A program made the position numbers and the translations under genes. DNA of 64,000 bases, from NCBI GenBank assembly GCA_951406725.2, contig OX597819.1, positions 50,158,001 through 50,222,000 of the forward strand, read 5' to 3'. The stretch's first letter is position 1. Each line of letters opens with the position of its first letter. Shown piece by piece: positions 39,450 to 53,222 of the stretch. The DNA comes from Octopus vulgaris. Lineage: Eukaryota. Below the pieces are notes generated by a model, which was given only the letters and a program-made list of their open reading frames with translations, did not search any database and was not told the origin of the DNA.

Positions 39450-41050
39450 CTTTCAACGAATGTGACATCGAAATCACGCGTAAACAGCTCCTTTCCCCAG
39501 AAAAGGAAAGATTTGGCTGATATTTCTTGCACGCCCTGCTACCACTTAAAAAGTATTTCAGGTCCTTGATCGCAAATAGGAGTTACGTGGTAGCAGGCCG
39601 TGCTAGAAATAGCAGCCAAATCTTTGGAGGTGAGATACGTTGAATACACTCGAAAGAAACCTATGGAAACAACTATTGGATCTTTTCTAAAAGAAGGCCA
39701 GATTTTTCTAGTTAACTAAATAATTTGAAACTTCGTATACTGGTAGAATGTGTCAAAAGAAAACATTAATTTCAATTAGTTTTTTGGAGAAAAATGTATT
39801 TTCTAACTTTTACGTAGTTTAATTCTTCGAATTTTAACCAATCGTATTCTCTGTTTTGACCTCAATTCATTTACTGCCGTGTTATTCATCCTTAGCAGTC
39901 TTCTGTTTTCTGTCTTCAAAGGCTTGTTTATTTCAATGTCATCCCTGACTTACGGACCGATTACCTGTGTGTGTGTGTTTTTGTTGTGTATGTGTGTTTG
40001 TGTGTGTGGGTGTGTTTTTGTTGTGTATGTGTGCGTGTGTGTGTTTGTTGTGTGTGTGTGTGTGTGTTATTGTTGTGTATGTGTGTGTGTGTGTTTTTTT
40101 GTATATGTGTGCGTGTGTGTGTGTGTGTCTTTTTGTTGTGTATGTGTGTGCGTGTGTGTGTTTGTTGTGTGTGTGCGTGTGTTATTGTTGTGTATGTGTG
40201 CGTGTGTGTGTGTGTCTTTTTGTTGTGTATGTGTGCGTGTGTTGTAAAGACACACACACACGCACACATACACAACAAAAAAGACACACACACATACACA
40301 ACAATAACACACACACAACAAACACACACACGCACACACACACACAAAAAAAACACACACACACACAAACACACACACGCACAGACATACACAACAAAAA
40401 CACACACACACAGGTAATCGGTCAGTAAGTCAGGGATGACATTGAAATAAACAAGCCTTTGAAGACAGAAAACAGAAGACTGCTAAGGATGAATAACACG
40501 GCAGTAAATGAATTGAGGTCAAAACAGAGAATACGATTGGTTAAAATTCGAAGAATTAAACTACGTAAAAGTTAGAAAATACATTTTTCTCCAAAAAACT
40601 AATTGAAATTAATGTTTTCTTTTGACACATTCTACCAGTATACGAAGTTTCAAATTATTTAGTTAACTAGAAAAATCTGGCCTTCTTTTAGAAAAGATCC
40701 CAACTATTTTACACCGAGTTACGAACGGGTCTTTCACGAAATAGTTACCGTATTTTTAAAGTCATTTTCACTTTAAAATATTTTGCCCATCATATTCAAC
40801 GAATGTGACATCGAGATCATGTGTAAACGGCTCCTTTCCCAAGAAAAGGAAAGATTTGGCTGCTATTTCTTGTACGCCCAGCTACCACAGAACGGGTATT
40901 TCGGGTCCTTTATCGCAAATAGCTGCTACGTGGTAGCATGGCGTGCTAGAAATAGTAGCCAAATCTTTCCTTGAATGCACTCGAAAGAAACTTACTGAAA
41001 AAAAAACTATTTCACACTGAGGTTACGAATGGGTCTTTTACCAAATATTT
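39450..41050. repeat. Diverged tandem duplication (~330-bp unit); first copy interrupted by the foldback element
   Basis: 39452-39677 plus 40709-40745 aligns with 40795-41050; each unit contains an AAAGATTTGGCTG..CAGCCAAATCTTT inverted pair. Confidence 0.8.
39678..40700. mobile_element. 1023-bp foldback/MITE element with 8-bp TSD
   Basis: GGATCTTTTC..GAAAAGATCC termini; ~290-bp near-identical arms plus mirrored GT/AC arrays; CAACTATT at 39670-39677 and 40701-40708. Confidence 0.92.
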
Positions 41051-41358
41051 AACATATTTTCACTTAAAAATATTTTGCATATCGTAATGTGTCTAATAGA
41101 AAGGTTAGAGTTTCTTCCTTTCATTTTAAAGTTATTTACGGAGTATTTTCCCATTATGCACTGTTTTGGGTATTTATACTCCAAAGCCCCGAATATCTCA
41201 GTAGCTACCGATCTGGTTTACGCGAAACTTGTTTTATTCCATTCATATTCAAATTTCAGGGGAACTTTACTTTCAAAGGAATTTTCCCATAATGCGCCAC
41301 GTTGGCTGCGTAACATTGCAAGCAAGCAAGATTGAACATCACTTATAATGTGTGTGTG

Positions 41359-41439
<81 letters not shown>

Positions 41440-41441
<2 letters not shown>

Positions 41442-41565
41442 GACGGGCTTCTTTCAGTTTCCGTCTACCAAATCCACTCACAAGGCTTTGGTCAGCCCAA
41501 GGTGCCACGCAGTAGGACTGAACCCGGAACCTTATGGCTGGGAAGCAAGCTTCTTACCATAAAGC
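41440..41565 (-). mobile_element. SINE family 1 head fragment
   Basis: Homology to other copies. Confidence 0.75.
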
Positions 41566-42173
41566 CATGAAAAATAGTGAGTTGTCGAGAAACACAGATT
41601 TTTTCAAAAGATTTCATTAAAGTAAACACAACCATATTGTCTTTATGTTGTAATATTCGAGGTTACATTTTCCCTCTTTATATATAAAAACGCTGATATC
41701 TCTGACCTCATAAATTCTGGTCGTTTTATATTCAACACCTCGCGACTAGCTACTATTTGTATGTAGGTTTCACGGGAATCAATCTCTTTAGGTTGACTGA
41801 AGAAGCGTGTGATCACAGAAGCATCTTGATGTCCCAGAAGGCAATATTCATGTAGTATTCTTTATATGAGTATATTCAGGAATCATTCATTTATTGTGCT
41901 TCTTTTACGGAGACATTTGTCATAACCTAATTTCTAATTATTCCCTCACCGTGAATAAATTCCTAAGTTGACTAATTACAATGCATCTTATGAAGTTCAC
42001 GTGTGTCTAGTTACCGCGCGCGCGCGCACGCACACACATACACACATACACACAAACACACGGGCGCGCAAACACACACACACACAATAAGCAAACATGG
42101 TCTTAGTCTAGTGACTGAAATAAGTAAAAGATATAAATACTCTGTGTGTGTGCGTGCGTGCGTGCGTGTCTGT

Positions 42174-42219
<46 letters not shown>

Positions 42220-42359
42220 GAAGAGAAGACTAAGACTGACTGATAAAGCGAATGAAAAAGAATGTAAGAGAAATTAAGAGGAAAAAGGGAAACAGAAAGA
42301 CAGATAAACTAAAATAAAATCGTGAAGAGATTGATAGATAAATAAATACAGACTGATAC

Positions 42360-42360
42360 T

Positions 42361-42414
<54 letters not shown>

Positions 42415-42419
42415 CAGAC

Positions 42420-42490
<71 letters not shown>

Positions 42491-42527
42491 CAGATAGATA
42501 GACAGATAGATAGATAGATAGATGGAC

Positions 42528-42558
<31 letters not shown>

Positions 42559-42585
42559 CAGATAGATAGATAGATGGACATATAC

Positions 42586-42660
<75 letters not shown>

Positions 42661-42680
42661 AATAGATAGATCGATAGATA
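42360..42680. repeat. (GATA)n/(GACA)n microsatellite
   Basis: Direct reading. Confidence 0.95.
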
Positions 42681-42683
42681 CTG

Positions 42684-42724
<41 letters not shown>

Positions 42725-43024
42725 TATAACGGTGGAGGGAGAGAGAGAAAGGGGAAGGAGAAGGAGATAGAGAAATGGAGTGATAGATCGAGAGAAGAAG
42801 AGAGAATGAGGAGAGATAGATAGAGAGTGGAAGAGAGAGAAGGGGTAGTTTAAGGCAATAGAATGACACAAAAATCGGTTTGAGAGGGAAAAGACTAAAT
42901 GAAAAGACTAAGAGAAAGAAGAATACAAAAAAAAAAATAGATAATAATAATAAGAGAGACAAATAGTCATAGGGTTATGTGTCAATTTAAAAGAGGACAA
43001 GTAAGATAGAGAGAGAGAGGGAGA

Positions 43025-43094
<70 letters not shown>

Positions 43095-43373
43095 TGATGT
43101 TTAGCGAACTAGATCACTCCGCTACTTTACTTTAATGACTCTATTCTGCTTAATTGAATTAATCATGTAAATAGCTAATAAAGTGGTTTTAATAATGCAG
43201 AAGCAGGAAGCAAATAGTTACCACTTGCATGACATTCAATTAATAATGGTTAATACTGTTACTTCTGCTACTGTTGCATTGCATATACCTGCACTCTGCT
43301 GTACATATAACTGTTAGGATTGTGTAAATTTACCAGTTGTATTTACTAAAGTTAAAATTCTCGTTATTGCTGC

Positions 43374-44255
43374 GGTCGTTGTCGTCATCAACGTCGTAGC
43401 CGTCATTATCAACGTGGTCGATGCCGCTGCCGCCGCCGCCGTCGTCGTCGTTGCAGTCAATGCCGTCGTCGCGGTCAATGCCGCCGCCACGGTCGTCGCT
43501 GCAGTGGTCGACGCCGCTGCAGTGGTCGACGCCGCTACCGTCGTCGTCGTCGCATTCAATGCCGCCGCCGCCGTCGCCGTCGTCGTGGCAGTCAATGCCG
43601 TCGTCGTGGCAGTCAATGCCGTCGTCGCGGTCAATGCCGCCGCCACGGTCGTCGCTGCAGTGGTCGACGCCGCTACCGTCGTCGTCGTCGCATTCAATGC
43701 CGCCGCCACTGTTGCCGCTGCCGTCGTCGTCGTAGCATTCAATGCCACCACCGCCGCTGTCGTCGTTGCAGTCAATGTCGTCATCGCGGTCAATGCCACC
43801 GCCGCCCCCGTCGTCGTTGTTATCGTCACAGTCAATGCTGCCGTCGTCGTCGTCGTTGTCGAACCTGTCGTCGCCTTCATCTTTGTCGTCGTCGTTGTCG
43901 TCATCTTCATCGTCGCGATCACCGCAGCTGTCGACGTCGTCATTGCTGTCATCATAGTTGACACCGTCGTCGCCGTCGTTGTCGATGCCGTCATCGTCGT
44001 CATTGTCATTGTTGCTTTAAAGTTAAATTTTCATTATTGCTGCAGTCACTTTGCCGTCGTCGTCGTCGTCGTTGTTATCGTCACAGTCAATGCCACCGTC
44101 GTCGTCGTTGTCGCCGTTGTCGACCTCATCTTTGTCGTCGTCGTTGTCGTCATCTTCATGTGGCGGTTACCGCAGCTATCGACATCGTCATTGCTGTCAT
44201 CATAGTCGACTTTGTCGTCGTCATCGTCATCGTCGTCGTCGTCGTCGTTGTTGCT
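43374..44255. repeat. Cryptic (GTC/GCC)n trinucleotide tract with internal block duplications
   Basis: Blocks such as GTCAATGCCGCCGCCACGGTCGTCGCTGCAGTGGTCGACGCCGC recur. Confidence 0.85.
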
Positions 44256-44879
44256 TTATCTTGAGGAGTATCTTCACCTAGCCAGAGGTATCTTCATCAT
44301 CGTTCCAATCAAGACTGTATTATCAGAAGGATTCCATTTTTTTTAAGACGATAGGGAAATTTGTCTGTTATTTCCTTGGAACCATTGAAGTTACCCCCTG
44401 AGTTAGTTTCACGTGTTACGGTCTTGTGTTGGTGAACGGAAATGAAGCCACATAAAATGAAACGCCGCGGAAAAAAAGCTACAATTTTGTCTAGGAATCG
44501 ATATCACAAGAAGAATGTCATATTTCATTTACATGCCATAAATAATATATAAAGTAATTAAACAAATAATATTAGTCACCAATAAACTAACGCTACATGT
44601 CTTGTACACAGTGGCAACATAATTTGCATAACTGCGTTGTGAAAAAAAATGTTATGAAAAGTTATGAAAAAAAAAGTTACGTTTTCATTGATGCAGGAAT
44701 GGCTGTGTGGTAAGTTGCTTGCTTAGCAACCACATGGTTGAAGCTTAGTTATTACTTAGATGTATGCCCACTTGGAAAACCTAGGTGCCATAAGCATCTC
44801 ACACTGTTCCACATAAATGCTCCAGCATGACAACAGCTGCCTGGCTTAAATGAATACATTTAAAGTGTGTATGTTTCTT

Positions 44880-45080
44880 TTTCTTTACTTGTTTCAGTCA
44901 TTTGACTGCGGTCATGCTAGAGCAACGCCTTTTAAGTCGAACTTATCGAACCTAGGATTTATTCTTTATAAGCCAAGTACTTATTCTATCGGTCTCTTTT
45001 CCCGAAGCTCTAGGTTACGGGGACGTAATCACGCCAACGTCGGTTGTCAAGCGATGGTGGTGGTGGGGTCAAACACAGAC

Positions 45081-45140
<60 letters not shown>

Positions 45141-45248
45141 GACGGGCTTCTTTCAGTTTCTGTCTACCAAATCCCGTCACAATACTTTGGTCGTCCTGAG
45201 GCTATAGTAGAAGACACCCAAGGTGCCACGTAATGGAACTGAACCATA
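44880..45248 (-). mobile_element. SINE family 1
   Basis: Homology to other copies. Confidence 0.8.
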
Positions 45249-45280
45249 TATATAGATATATATGTGTGTGTATACAAGTA

Positions 45281-45360
<80 letters not shown>

Positions 45361-45363
<3 letters not shown>

Positions 45364-45578
45364 CTTTACTACCCACAAGGGGCTAAACATAGAGGGGACA
45401 GACAAAGGGATTAAGTCGATTACATCGACCCCAGTACGAAACTGGTACTTTATTTATTGACCCTGAAATGATGAAAGGTAAAGTCGACATCGGCGGAATT
45501 TGAACTTAGAACGTAGCGACAGACGAAATGCCGCTAAGCATTTCGCCCGGCGAGCTAACGTTTCTGTCAGCTCGCCGC

Positions 45579-45582
<4 letters not shown>
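45361..45582 (-). mobile_element. SINE family 3
   Basis: Homology to 31938-32169. Confidence 0.88.
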
Positions 45583-45640
<58 letters not shown>

Positions 45641-45645
<5 letters not shown>

Positions 45646-45847
45646 TAATCCAAACATGAAAACACAAAGAGAAAACACATCAACGCGAGGACGTGGGACA
45701 AATATAGTATTATTTGACGCTCAGGAAGGAAGGAAAAAAGGAGGGTTTAACGTTTCGAGCGGAGCTCTTCGTCAGAAACATAGGAAAAGGAAAGATCCAA
45801 AGAAGGGAAGACAGAGGAAAAAAATCGTCAACGGTACACACGCGGTC
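45641..45847 (-). mobile_element. HHR family A element with canonical hammerhead (45745-45779)
   Basis: Minus strand GTTT-CTGACGA-A-GAGC(TCC)GCTC-GAA-ACGT-T-AAAC; flanked by (TA)n. Confidence 0.88.
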
Positions 45848-46116
45848 GTGTATATATATATATATATATATATACAGCTTTTTAATTTGTTCATGGTAAC
45901 GTTAGGGGTATGCAAATAAAGCTCCTGTTTTATTAATCCAGCTCCGTCTAAATATGCTGACTAGCGACATTGTTGATCAACTGGATGCGCACGAATAATT
46001 CGTATAATACTGTACTAATCACCGGGATACCGACTCTGAAGTTAAAATCATGGGAATTGTGGAAACGCGCGTGGCGATGTATTAAATATTTATAAATTCA
46101 ACCCTAGAATTTTTGT

Positions 46117-46158
<42 letters not shown>

Positions 46159-46505
46159 TTATATATATATATATATACACACACACACGCACACACACAT
46201 ATACATTCATACACTCATACACATGTGTCAGGCAGCGTTGGAATGAACACACTATAGTGATAGGTGCCAAGAACTGATGAAAGGATTAAAATTGTGTACG
46301 CCCATTTGGGCTGGGTTTCGGAATTTTCGGTGAATTTCCTTTTTGCCCTTCCTTGCTATCTTTTCCGATGTGCATGTGTGTGTGTGCGCGCGTGCGTGTG
46401 TATGTGTGTATTTGTGTATAAATGTATATCTTTATATGTGTATATGTGTGATTCTCTCTCTCTATTTCTCGGTCTGTCTGTCTCTCCCTCTCTTTTTTGT
46501 CTGTC

Positions 46506-46547
<42 letters not shown>

Positions 46548-46585
46548 CTGAAGGCAATGAAACAAATCATATATATAAACATACG

Positions 46586-46663
<78 letters not shown>

Positions 46664-46739
46664 ATATACACACGCGCATGAAACAAATTAATAGATTGGT
46701 AAACAGAAAAGTGAATGGATAAAGAGAGAAATAAATGCT

Positions 46740-46770
<31 letters not shown>

Positions 46771-47209
46771 GAAAAATAGATGAAAACGAAAGAAAGATTT
46801 GAAGTAGCAAGGAGAAAAATATGAAAAAATACGTAAGTAAAAAATTAAACATCCGTAAACTGAGAACGCCTGGCCGATAATTAGACAAGTTTTCAATCTT
46901 GTCTAACAGCTTGAAAAATAAATAAATGAATTGGTTGAAGGCTGTAACGTGAAAAGTTTCTCCTCTGTTCAACCGCCGACACCGTTGAAGAAGTTAATAT
47001 GTTATTTTCTGGCAAATAATACAAGATAAACACCTGCGTAGGTTCAAGTAGAATAAATGGGTCGACCAACAGTTGCTTCTTGTGTGGCCTCATAATTACA
47101 ACAACACTAACAACGACAACAATAACAATAGTAATGATAACAATTTCTTTTATTTGCCACCAGAGTGAAGGATGAGGGGACAATACAAAAATAGAGAACA
47201 GCAACAACT

Positions 47210-47400
47210 GGAGGCGAATGGCCCAGTGGTTAAGGCAGCAGACTCGCGGTCGTAAGAACGCGGTTTCGATTTCCAGACCGGACATTGTGAGGGTTTATTG
47301 AGCAAAAACACCTAAGCTCCACGATGCTCCGGCGGGTTGTGGTGGTGAACCCCGCTGTACTCTATCACCACAACTTTCTCTCACTCTTTCTTCCTACTTC
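47210..47400 (+). mobile_element. tRNA-derived SINE head
   Basis: TGGCCCAGTGGTTAAGGC..GGTTTCGATTTCC A/B boxes. Confidence 0.65.
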
Positions 47401-47749
47401 TGCCACAAAGCAGAGGAATCATGGTATAACCCACTATGGTGTGGTAAACTTTCAGACCCTTGTCTAGATTGCGAATCCTCTGTACCCCAGGATGGTTCAG
47501 TCTCCACCCGTTAAAAGCCACCGTTTACGGAATGAGAATAACAACGTAGCTTTCGCGCCCGTGTAACCGCCAGTCTATCGCGTGTGGTGGGTGGATCTTC
47601 AAGTTGCCTCACGCATTCTTAGTAGCTTAGATTAGGCTCGAATTAGAGATAATTCTTTGTGGCTAATGGCGTGAGTCCTGATTGGAAGAAGAAGAAGATA
47701 ACAACTATAATAATAACAACAACAGCAACACAAATAATAATAATAATAA

Positions 47750-48396
47750 TCTTCTCTACTGAAGGCACAAATCTTTTGAAATTTTAGGGGAGGGAATGAG
47801 TCGGTTAATCGACCCAGAGTGTTTTCATTAGTACTTAATTTATCGACACCGAAGGATAAAAGGCAAAGCCGACCTCGGTGAAATTTGAACTCAGAACGCA
47901 GCGACAGACGAAATACCGCTAAGCATTTCCATCCAGCGCACACAATGATAATATCATTAACAATAATAATCTTTTCTACGGTAGGCACAAGGCCTGGAAT
48001 TTTGGAGAAAGGATTAAATCGATTACATAGACCCCAGTGCGTAACTGGTACTTGTTTAATCGACCCCGAAAGGATGAAAAGCAAAGTCGACCTCGGCGGA
48101 ATTTGAACTCAGAAAGTAGCGACAGACGAAATTTTGAATGATGATGATGATGATGATAATAATAATAATAATAATAATAATCTTTTCTACTCTTGGCACA
48201 AGGCCCAAATTTTTTGGGAAGGGAGCCAGTCGATTAGATAGACACCAGTACGCAACTGGTACTTAATTTATCGATCCCGAAAGGATGAAAGACAAAGTCG
48301 ACCTCGGCGGAATTTGAACTCCGAACGTAGCGACAGGCAAAATACCGCTAAGTATTTCGTCCAACTTGCTAACGATTCTGCCGGCTCGCTGCCTTA
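47750..48396 (-). mobile_element. Three tandem SINE family 3 copies
   Basis: Copies at ~47750-47940, 47970-48130 and 48181-48396, separated by (TAA)n. Confidence 0.85.
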
Positions 48397-48829
48397 ATGA
48401 TAATGATAATGATAATGATGATGACGACGATGAGGAAGATGATGATTATAACAGTTACAACACCAACTGGGATAAAATGTCCTATGAGTATCACTGGCCG
48501 TTTTAATTCTTCGTTTTGTTCTTTTTTTACGAAAAAATCAAACGTATGTTAGCGACCAGCTTTTGTGTAATAGGTAAATATCAAACGACGGTAAGACGGA
48601 CGGTTGACAAAACGTAAATTAATAAACGCAATAATAAAAATAGATAAACATTTTTGTTGTTTTTGGTCGAACGGCAATAAAAAAAAAACCCCGTAGGTTA
48701 GTTGTTAAAATGACTTTGCACTAGGTTTCGGTTCACGTTTTGTTTGTAATGTTAAGTTTGTCGTCACTTCAACATCGCTGTTCCGTTTTCTAACCTCAAG
48801 AGGACATTTCCCTTAGCTGGATAACGATG

Positions 48830-49020
48830 CAACCTGCGAGCAGGGGAGCTAATTCCTACCATCTTCTAGCGACGGGACCAGCAGGCCAACCTGGTTTCGG
48901 GCCATTTCTGCCTTTCCTCAGTCCTAAACAAACGTCTGCTTGTGATGGCAGTAGCTCCCTTCTGTTCGCAAGATATATAAATTCAAGCGACATTCAATCG
49001 CTGATCTTGCAACAAGCAGT
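48830..49020 (-). mobile_element. HHR family D element (hammerhead-like 48883-48925)
   Basis: Minus strand CTGAGGA-AA-GGC(AGAAATG)GCC-C-GAA-ACCAGGT-T; helix I imperfect; flanks homologous to 50365-50550. Confidence 0.5.
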
Positions 49021-49085
49021 ATATATGATTGATTGATTGATTTTAGTTTCAGCTCATTGAGCTGTGGCCATGCTGGGGCACCGCC

Positions 49086-49167
<82 letters not shown>

Positions 49168-50196
49168 CAGCTGTGCGGACTCTACCGAACTGGCTTAGGG
49201 TTTCAGTTTAAGTACGTAATTCAACCGAACCTTAATTATATATATATGCGTGTATATGTACATGTAGAGGTAGGTACGTACATATATGTTTATATATATG
49301 CATATGTTTTATTTCATTTATTAATATATTATATGACTAAACGCACGCACCCCCTTAAGTAAGATTGTTCTGTATATCAAGTTTTGGTCTTGATATTAAC
49401 TCTGACGCGCACTCTTCACCTTTCTGTCCCATCCCTATTCTTTGATTTCCTTTTCCTCTACTTAACTTGTCTCTTCCTCTCTCTCTCATTCTTCACTCTC
49501 TCTCTCCCCCTCACAATTCTTCATGGTTTCATCGCAGCCATTCCCCTTCTTCTCTCCTTTTCTCTTGCTCCTCCTCCCCCCTTCCCGTCGTCCACCCGCG
49601 ACGATACTTCCGCTCTGACTGTCTTTCTGGCCTGGCCTTTCAAGGTAACGGACGACATTCTTCCTGCTCCCCTGTCGTTCACAAAAAATTCTGCGTTTGC
49701 AATACTTTTTTTCGTTCGGCGTCAACAGCCCTTCTTATCTTGTTTTTCCCTGTCCTGTCTTTTACTGTTTATATTTTTGTACTGTCGTTACTGTCCTGTT
49801 TTTTTACCTTTTTTTTACCATTTTTTAAACCATTTTTTACCCCTCTGCGAAAAGATCTCAGAATTTAATTGATTTGCTTTTCGCAGGAAGGAAAGTTTCT
49901 TGTCGAAGATACGTCTCGCTTTTATCCTTCGAAACGTAGAGTAGATGAAACCATAGCGACTGAAGAAGGGGTTTTTTCTTTGTGTTAATTGTCCTGTACT
50001 CCATTTTTTTGTTGTTTTTAAAAAATGTCCAGTTCCTTTGGTTTGTGTCTATGTTTTCGTTTCTCTTTGTGTTCGACGTCCCTTTGGTGTCCTGTACTCA
50101 TATATGCGTGTATATGTACATGTAGAGGTAGGTACGTACATATATGTTTATATATATGTTTTATTTCATTTATTAATATATATATGTATGTATATA

Positions 50197-50665
50197 AGCA
50201 AAATAGCTAGTTATAAAGCCTCAAGAAGAGATAGTGTAGTAACGTATACAAAACAGCAAAGCGAGTAGCCATATCTAAGTGGCAGATGGATGGTAATACT
50301 AGTTTAACCCCAGGCGGATTGTCCGCCAGCTGGTTTTCTGTGCAAGCTATTTATAACAAGCTATTTTGCTCGTTGCAGATCAGTGACCGATGGTCACTTT
50401 GTTTATAATATATCGCTGGCTGAGGCAGATCATGGCTATCACGCCAATGCGCAGGTGCGCGCGGCTGACGTGAGCTAGCTAGCTCGAAACCGGCCGATCC
50501 TGCGATCCTGTCAGCTACTGGAGGGTAGTAGGAGATTCGCTCCCCCTGCTAGTTTATAAGGGTGCAGAGCTTGCACCGAAAACCAGCTGGCGGAGAATCC
50601 GCCTGGGGTTAAACTAGCAGTAACATTCATCTGCCACTTAGACGTGGGTATTCGCTTTACTGCTA
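50197..50665 (+). mobile_element. HHR family D element with ~90-bp inverted repeats
   Basis: 50256-50348 is the reverse complement of 50568-50658; degenerate HHR CTGACGT-GAGC(TAGCTA)GCTC-GAAACCGG at 50465-50493. Confidence 0.6.
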
Positions 50666-51050
50666 CATATATATGTATATATATATATATATGTTGTTGT
50701 TGTTTTTGTCTCATTTGGTCTAAAGTCGTAAGACAACCACCGTTATATTTTGTTTATCCATTACTGTTTTCAATTTCGTTTTCGTCTCTTGTATTTACAT
50801 CCGTCTCTTGCGTTTACATTCTTGTCTTCTACCAAGAAATCTAATGCTTACAGCTTAGTTTTTTTCTTGGGGCTGGCCGAGTTGGAGCAAATATCAGAAT
50901 TGAACAGCCGAAATTTGCTATGATGATTCGGTGTCTGACTGAAGATTGAAGGCTTCGAATGATTTGTCTGTGTTCCGTGTTCGTCCCTTCCTGTATATCA
51001 CGTTCTTTATATATAAAAACATTTATTCTTATATATATATATATATATAC

Positions 51051-51356
<306 letters not shown>

Positions 51357-51362
51357 ATGTAT

Positions 51363-51790
51363 GAGGTTATGAGAGGTAATGGTGCCAGTAAGACCCAAAG
51401 GTGTCAGGTAATGCTGAGTAAGTGCTATGGACAGACCATAGTTAAGCTCCAGGTTCGGTAATTATGTAAATAAGGAGTCCAACGTAGGTCATATATCACT
51501 GTGTGTATATATAAGAATTTGTTTTTCAGAATGAGATAAAAAACCAAAGCTGTGAAGATTTTAGAACATTTATAAAGAGAAGGTCTTACAGCTGTTTCCA
51601 GGATATTTATTATATCCCTTCATCGGAGACGGTGTGAGAAGATGGTTAAGCAATAGTTAATTGAGATAGGATATGAAAAATAGAATGAAGTAGACGAATG
51701 AAAATAGATGTGAGATATGCAGGGATATTGCATTTGTGGGTCCATTATTTAGGCAGAATGGTATACATATGAGATTCTAATATGGTTATG
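51363..51790 (-). mobile_element. HHR family C pLTR with tail (hammerhead 51583-51630)
   Basis: Minus strand GTCT-CCGATGA-A-GGGATAT(AATAA)ATATCCT-G-GAA-ACAGCTGT-A-AGAC; colinear with 57397-57742. Confidence 0.8.
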
Positions 51791-52085
51791 GAAGATGTGC
51801 GAAGTGGAGTCGCCGGAAGCCTCGGAGAGTGGTGCATTGGAGAGGTAGGATGGTGGGGTGGTAGGGTAGGGGAAACGGGAGACGGCGGTGCGGGTGCGGG
51901 GTGAGAGAGTGGATGCACGGTCCACGGAAGTGCTCTGGCAAGGGCGGTGTGGATAGTGGTGAGGGGATATCCACGTAGAATGAAGTGGCGAGCCAGGAGT
52001 TGAGACAGTCTCAAAGTCAAGGTCGTCACTACAGAGCCTGCGTAGACAGACGAATTGGAAATAGGGGATGGAAAGCTTGGTGTAT
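51790..52085 (-). pseudogene. Penelope-like element reverse transcriptase C-terminal remnant
   Basis: TKLSIPYFQFVCLRRLCSDDLDF..LARHFILRGYP matches the PLE SIPYSQFLRLRRICS..F..RGYP motif; frameshifted. Confidence 0.8.
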
Positions 52086-52259
52086 CTATCTATATATATT
52101 ATATAATATATATATATAATTATATAATATATTATATATATATACATATTATACTATTTATTCTATATAAATACATAATACTATTTATTATATATAAATA
52201 TATAATATAATATTATACATACATACATACATACATACATACATACATACATACATACA

Positions 52260-52295
<36 letters not shown>

Positions 52296-52302
52296 TTCAA
52301 TA

Positions 52303-52498
52303 TGTGACCGCGTGTGTATCGTTGGCGATTTTTTCTTCCGTCTTCCCTTCCTTGGATCTTTCCTTTTCCTATGTTTTTGACGAAGAGCTCTGCACGAAAC
52401 GTTAAATCCTCCTTCTTTCTGTCCTTTCCTGAGCGTCCAATAATACTGTACTTGTTCCACGTCCTCGCGTAGTTGTTTTCTCATTGTTTGGATAAACT
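52303..52498 (+). mobile_element. HHR family A element, degenerate core
   Basis: TTGACGA-AGAGCTCTGCAC-GAAACGTTAAA with family flanks. Confidence 0.8.
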
Positions 52499-52501
52499 AT
52501 A

Positions 52502-52547
<46 letters not shown>

Positions 52548-52687
52548 GTACTGTTCCGTGATAGAAAATTCAACAAAAATAAATAAAATACTCCATCTTT
52601 TGAGAGAGATAAATATAATAACCACACACACACACACATATATATATACATATACATATATACATATACATATATATATACATATAC

Positions 52688-52756
<69 letters not shown>

Positions 52757-53222
52757 CACCCATACAAACACACATTTGTACACATTTAGATGCATGTACA
52801 CATATACGTATGTATCTCGGAAATATATTTCATATTTCTATTGAAGAATGGGCGAATAAGCCAAAATACCACCAATGTTCCTCTCAGAATAGAAAAAAAA
52901 ATAGTAATGTTATTAATGTTACGAGCATAATCGCAATATACACCTACCAAACGTATCTCTGCAAAATATTATTAAAATATATGCATTTCCCAGAAAGTTA
53001 CGAGGAAACATAATCGTGGCCCCAGGCACCAAACTTAAGATCTACCAATGTTTAATACATACAGAAAGCAGAATTATTGCAATATTTTTCTGCTAAAAAA
53101 AGATGTAAAGGCTTTAGGCAAGAACTTTATCAACTGTTTCTTCAATTGTTTTAAATTAATGCGCCATTTTTTAAAAAACAAAACTATCGTCGTAGAAGTG
53201 TTGAACAAGAGGAATCATTGGC

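Noticed and set aside
43314-44205. Thr/Ala-rich ORF resembling an antifreeze glycoprotein or mucin
   Set aside because: Both strands stay open because the GTC/GCC repeat lacks stops; no signal peptide, no regular TAA tripeptide periodicity, no splice support.
46033-46078. CTGAAGT..GAAACGCGCGTG hammerhead-like string (similar case at ~56070-56100)
   Set aside because: The core and cleavage nucleotide are wrong and helix I is absent; too degenerate to call.
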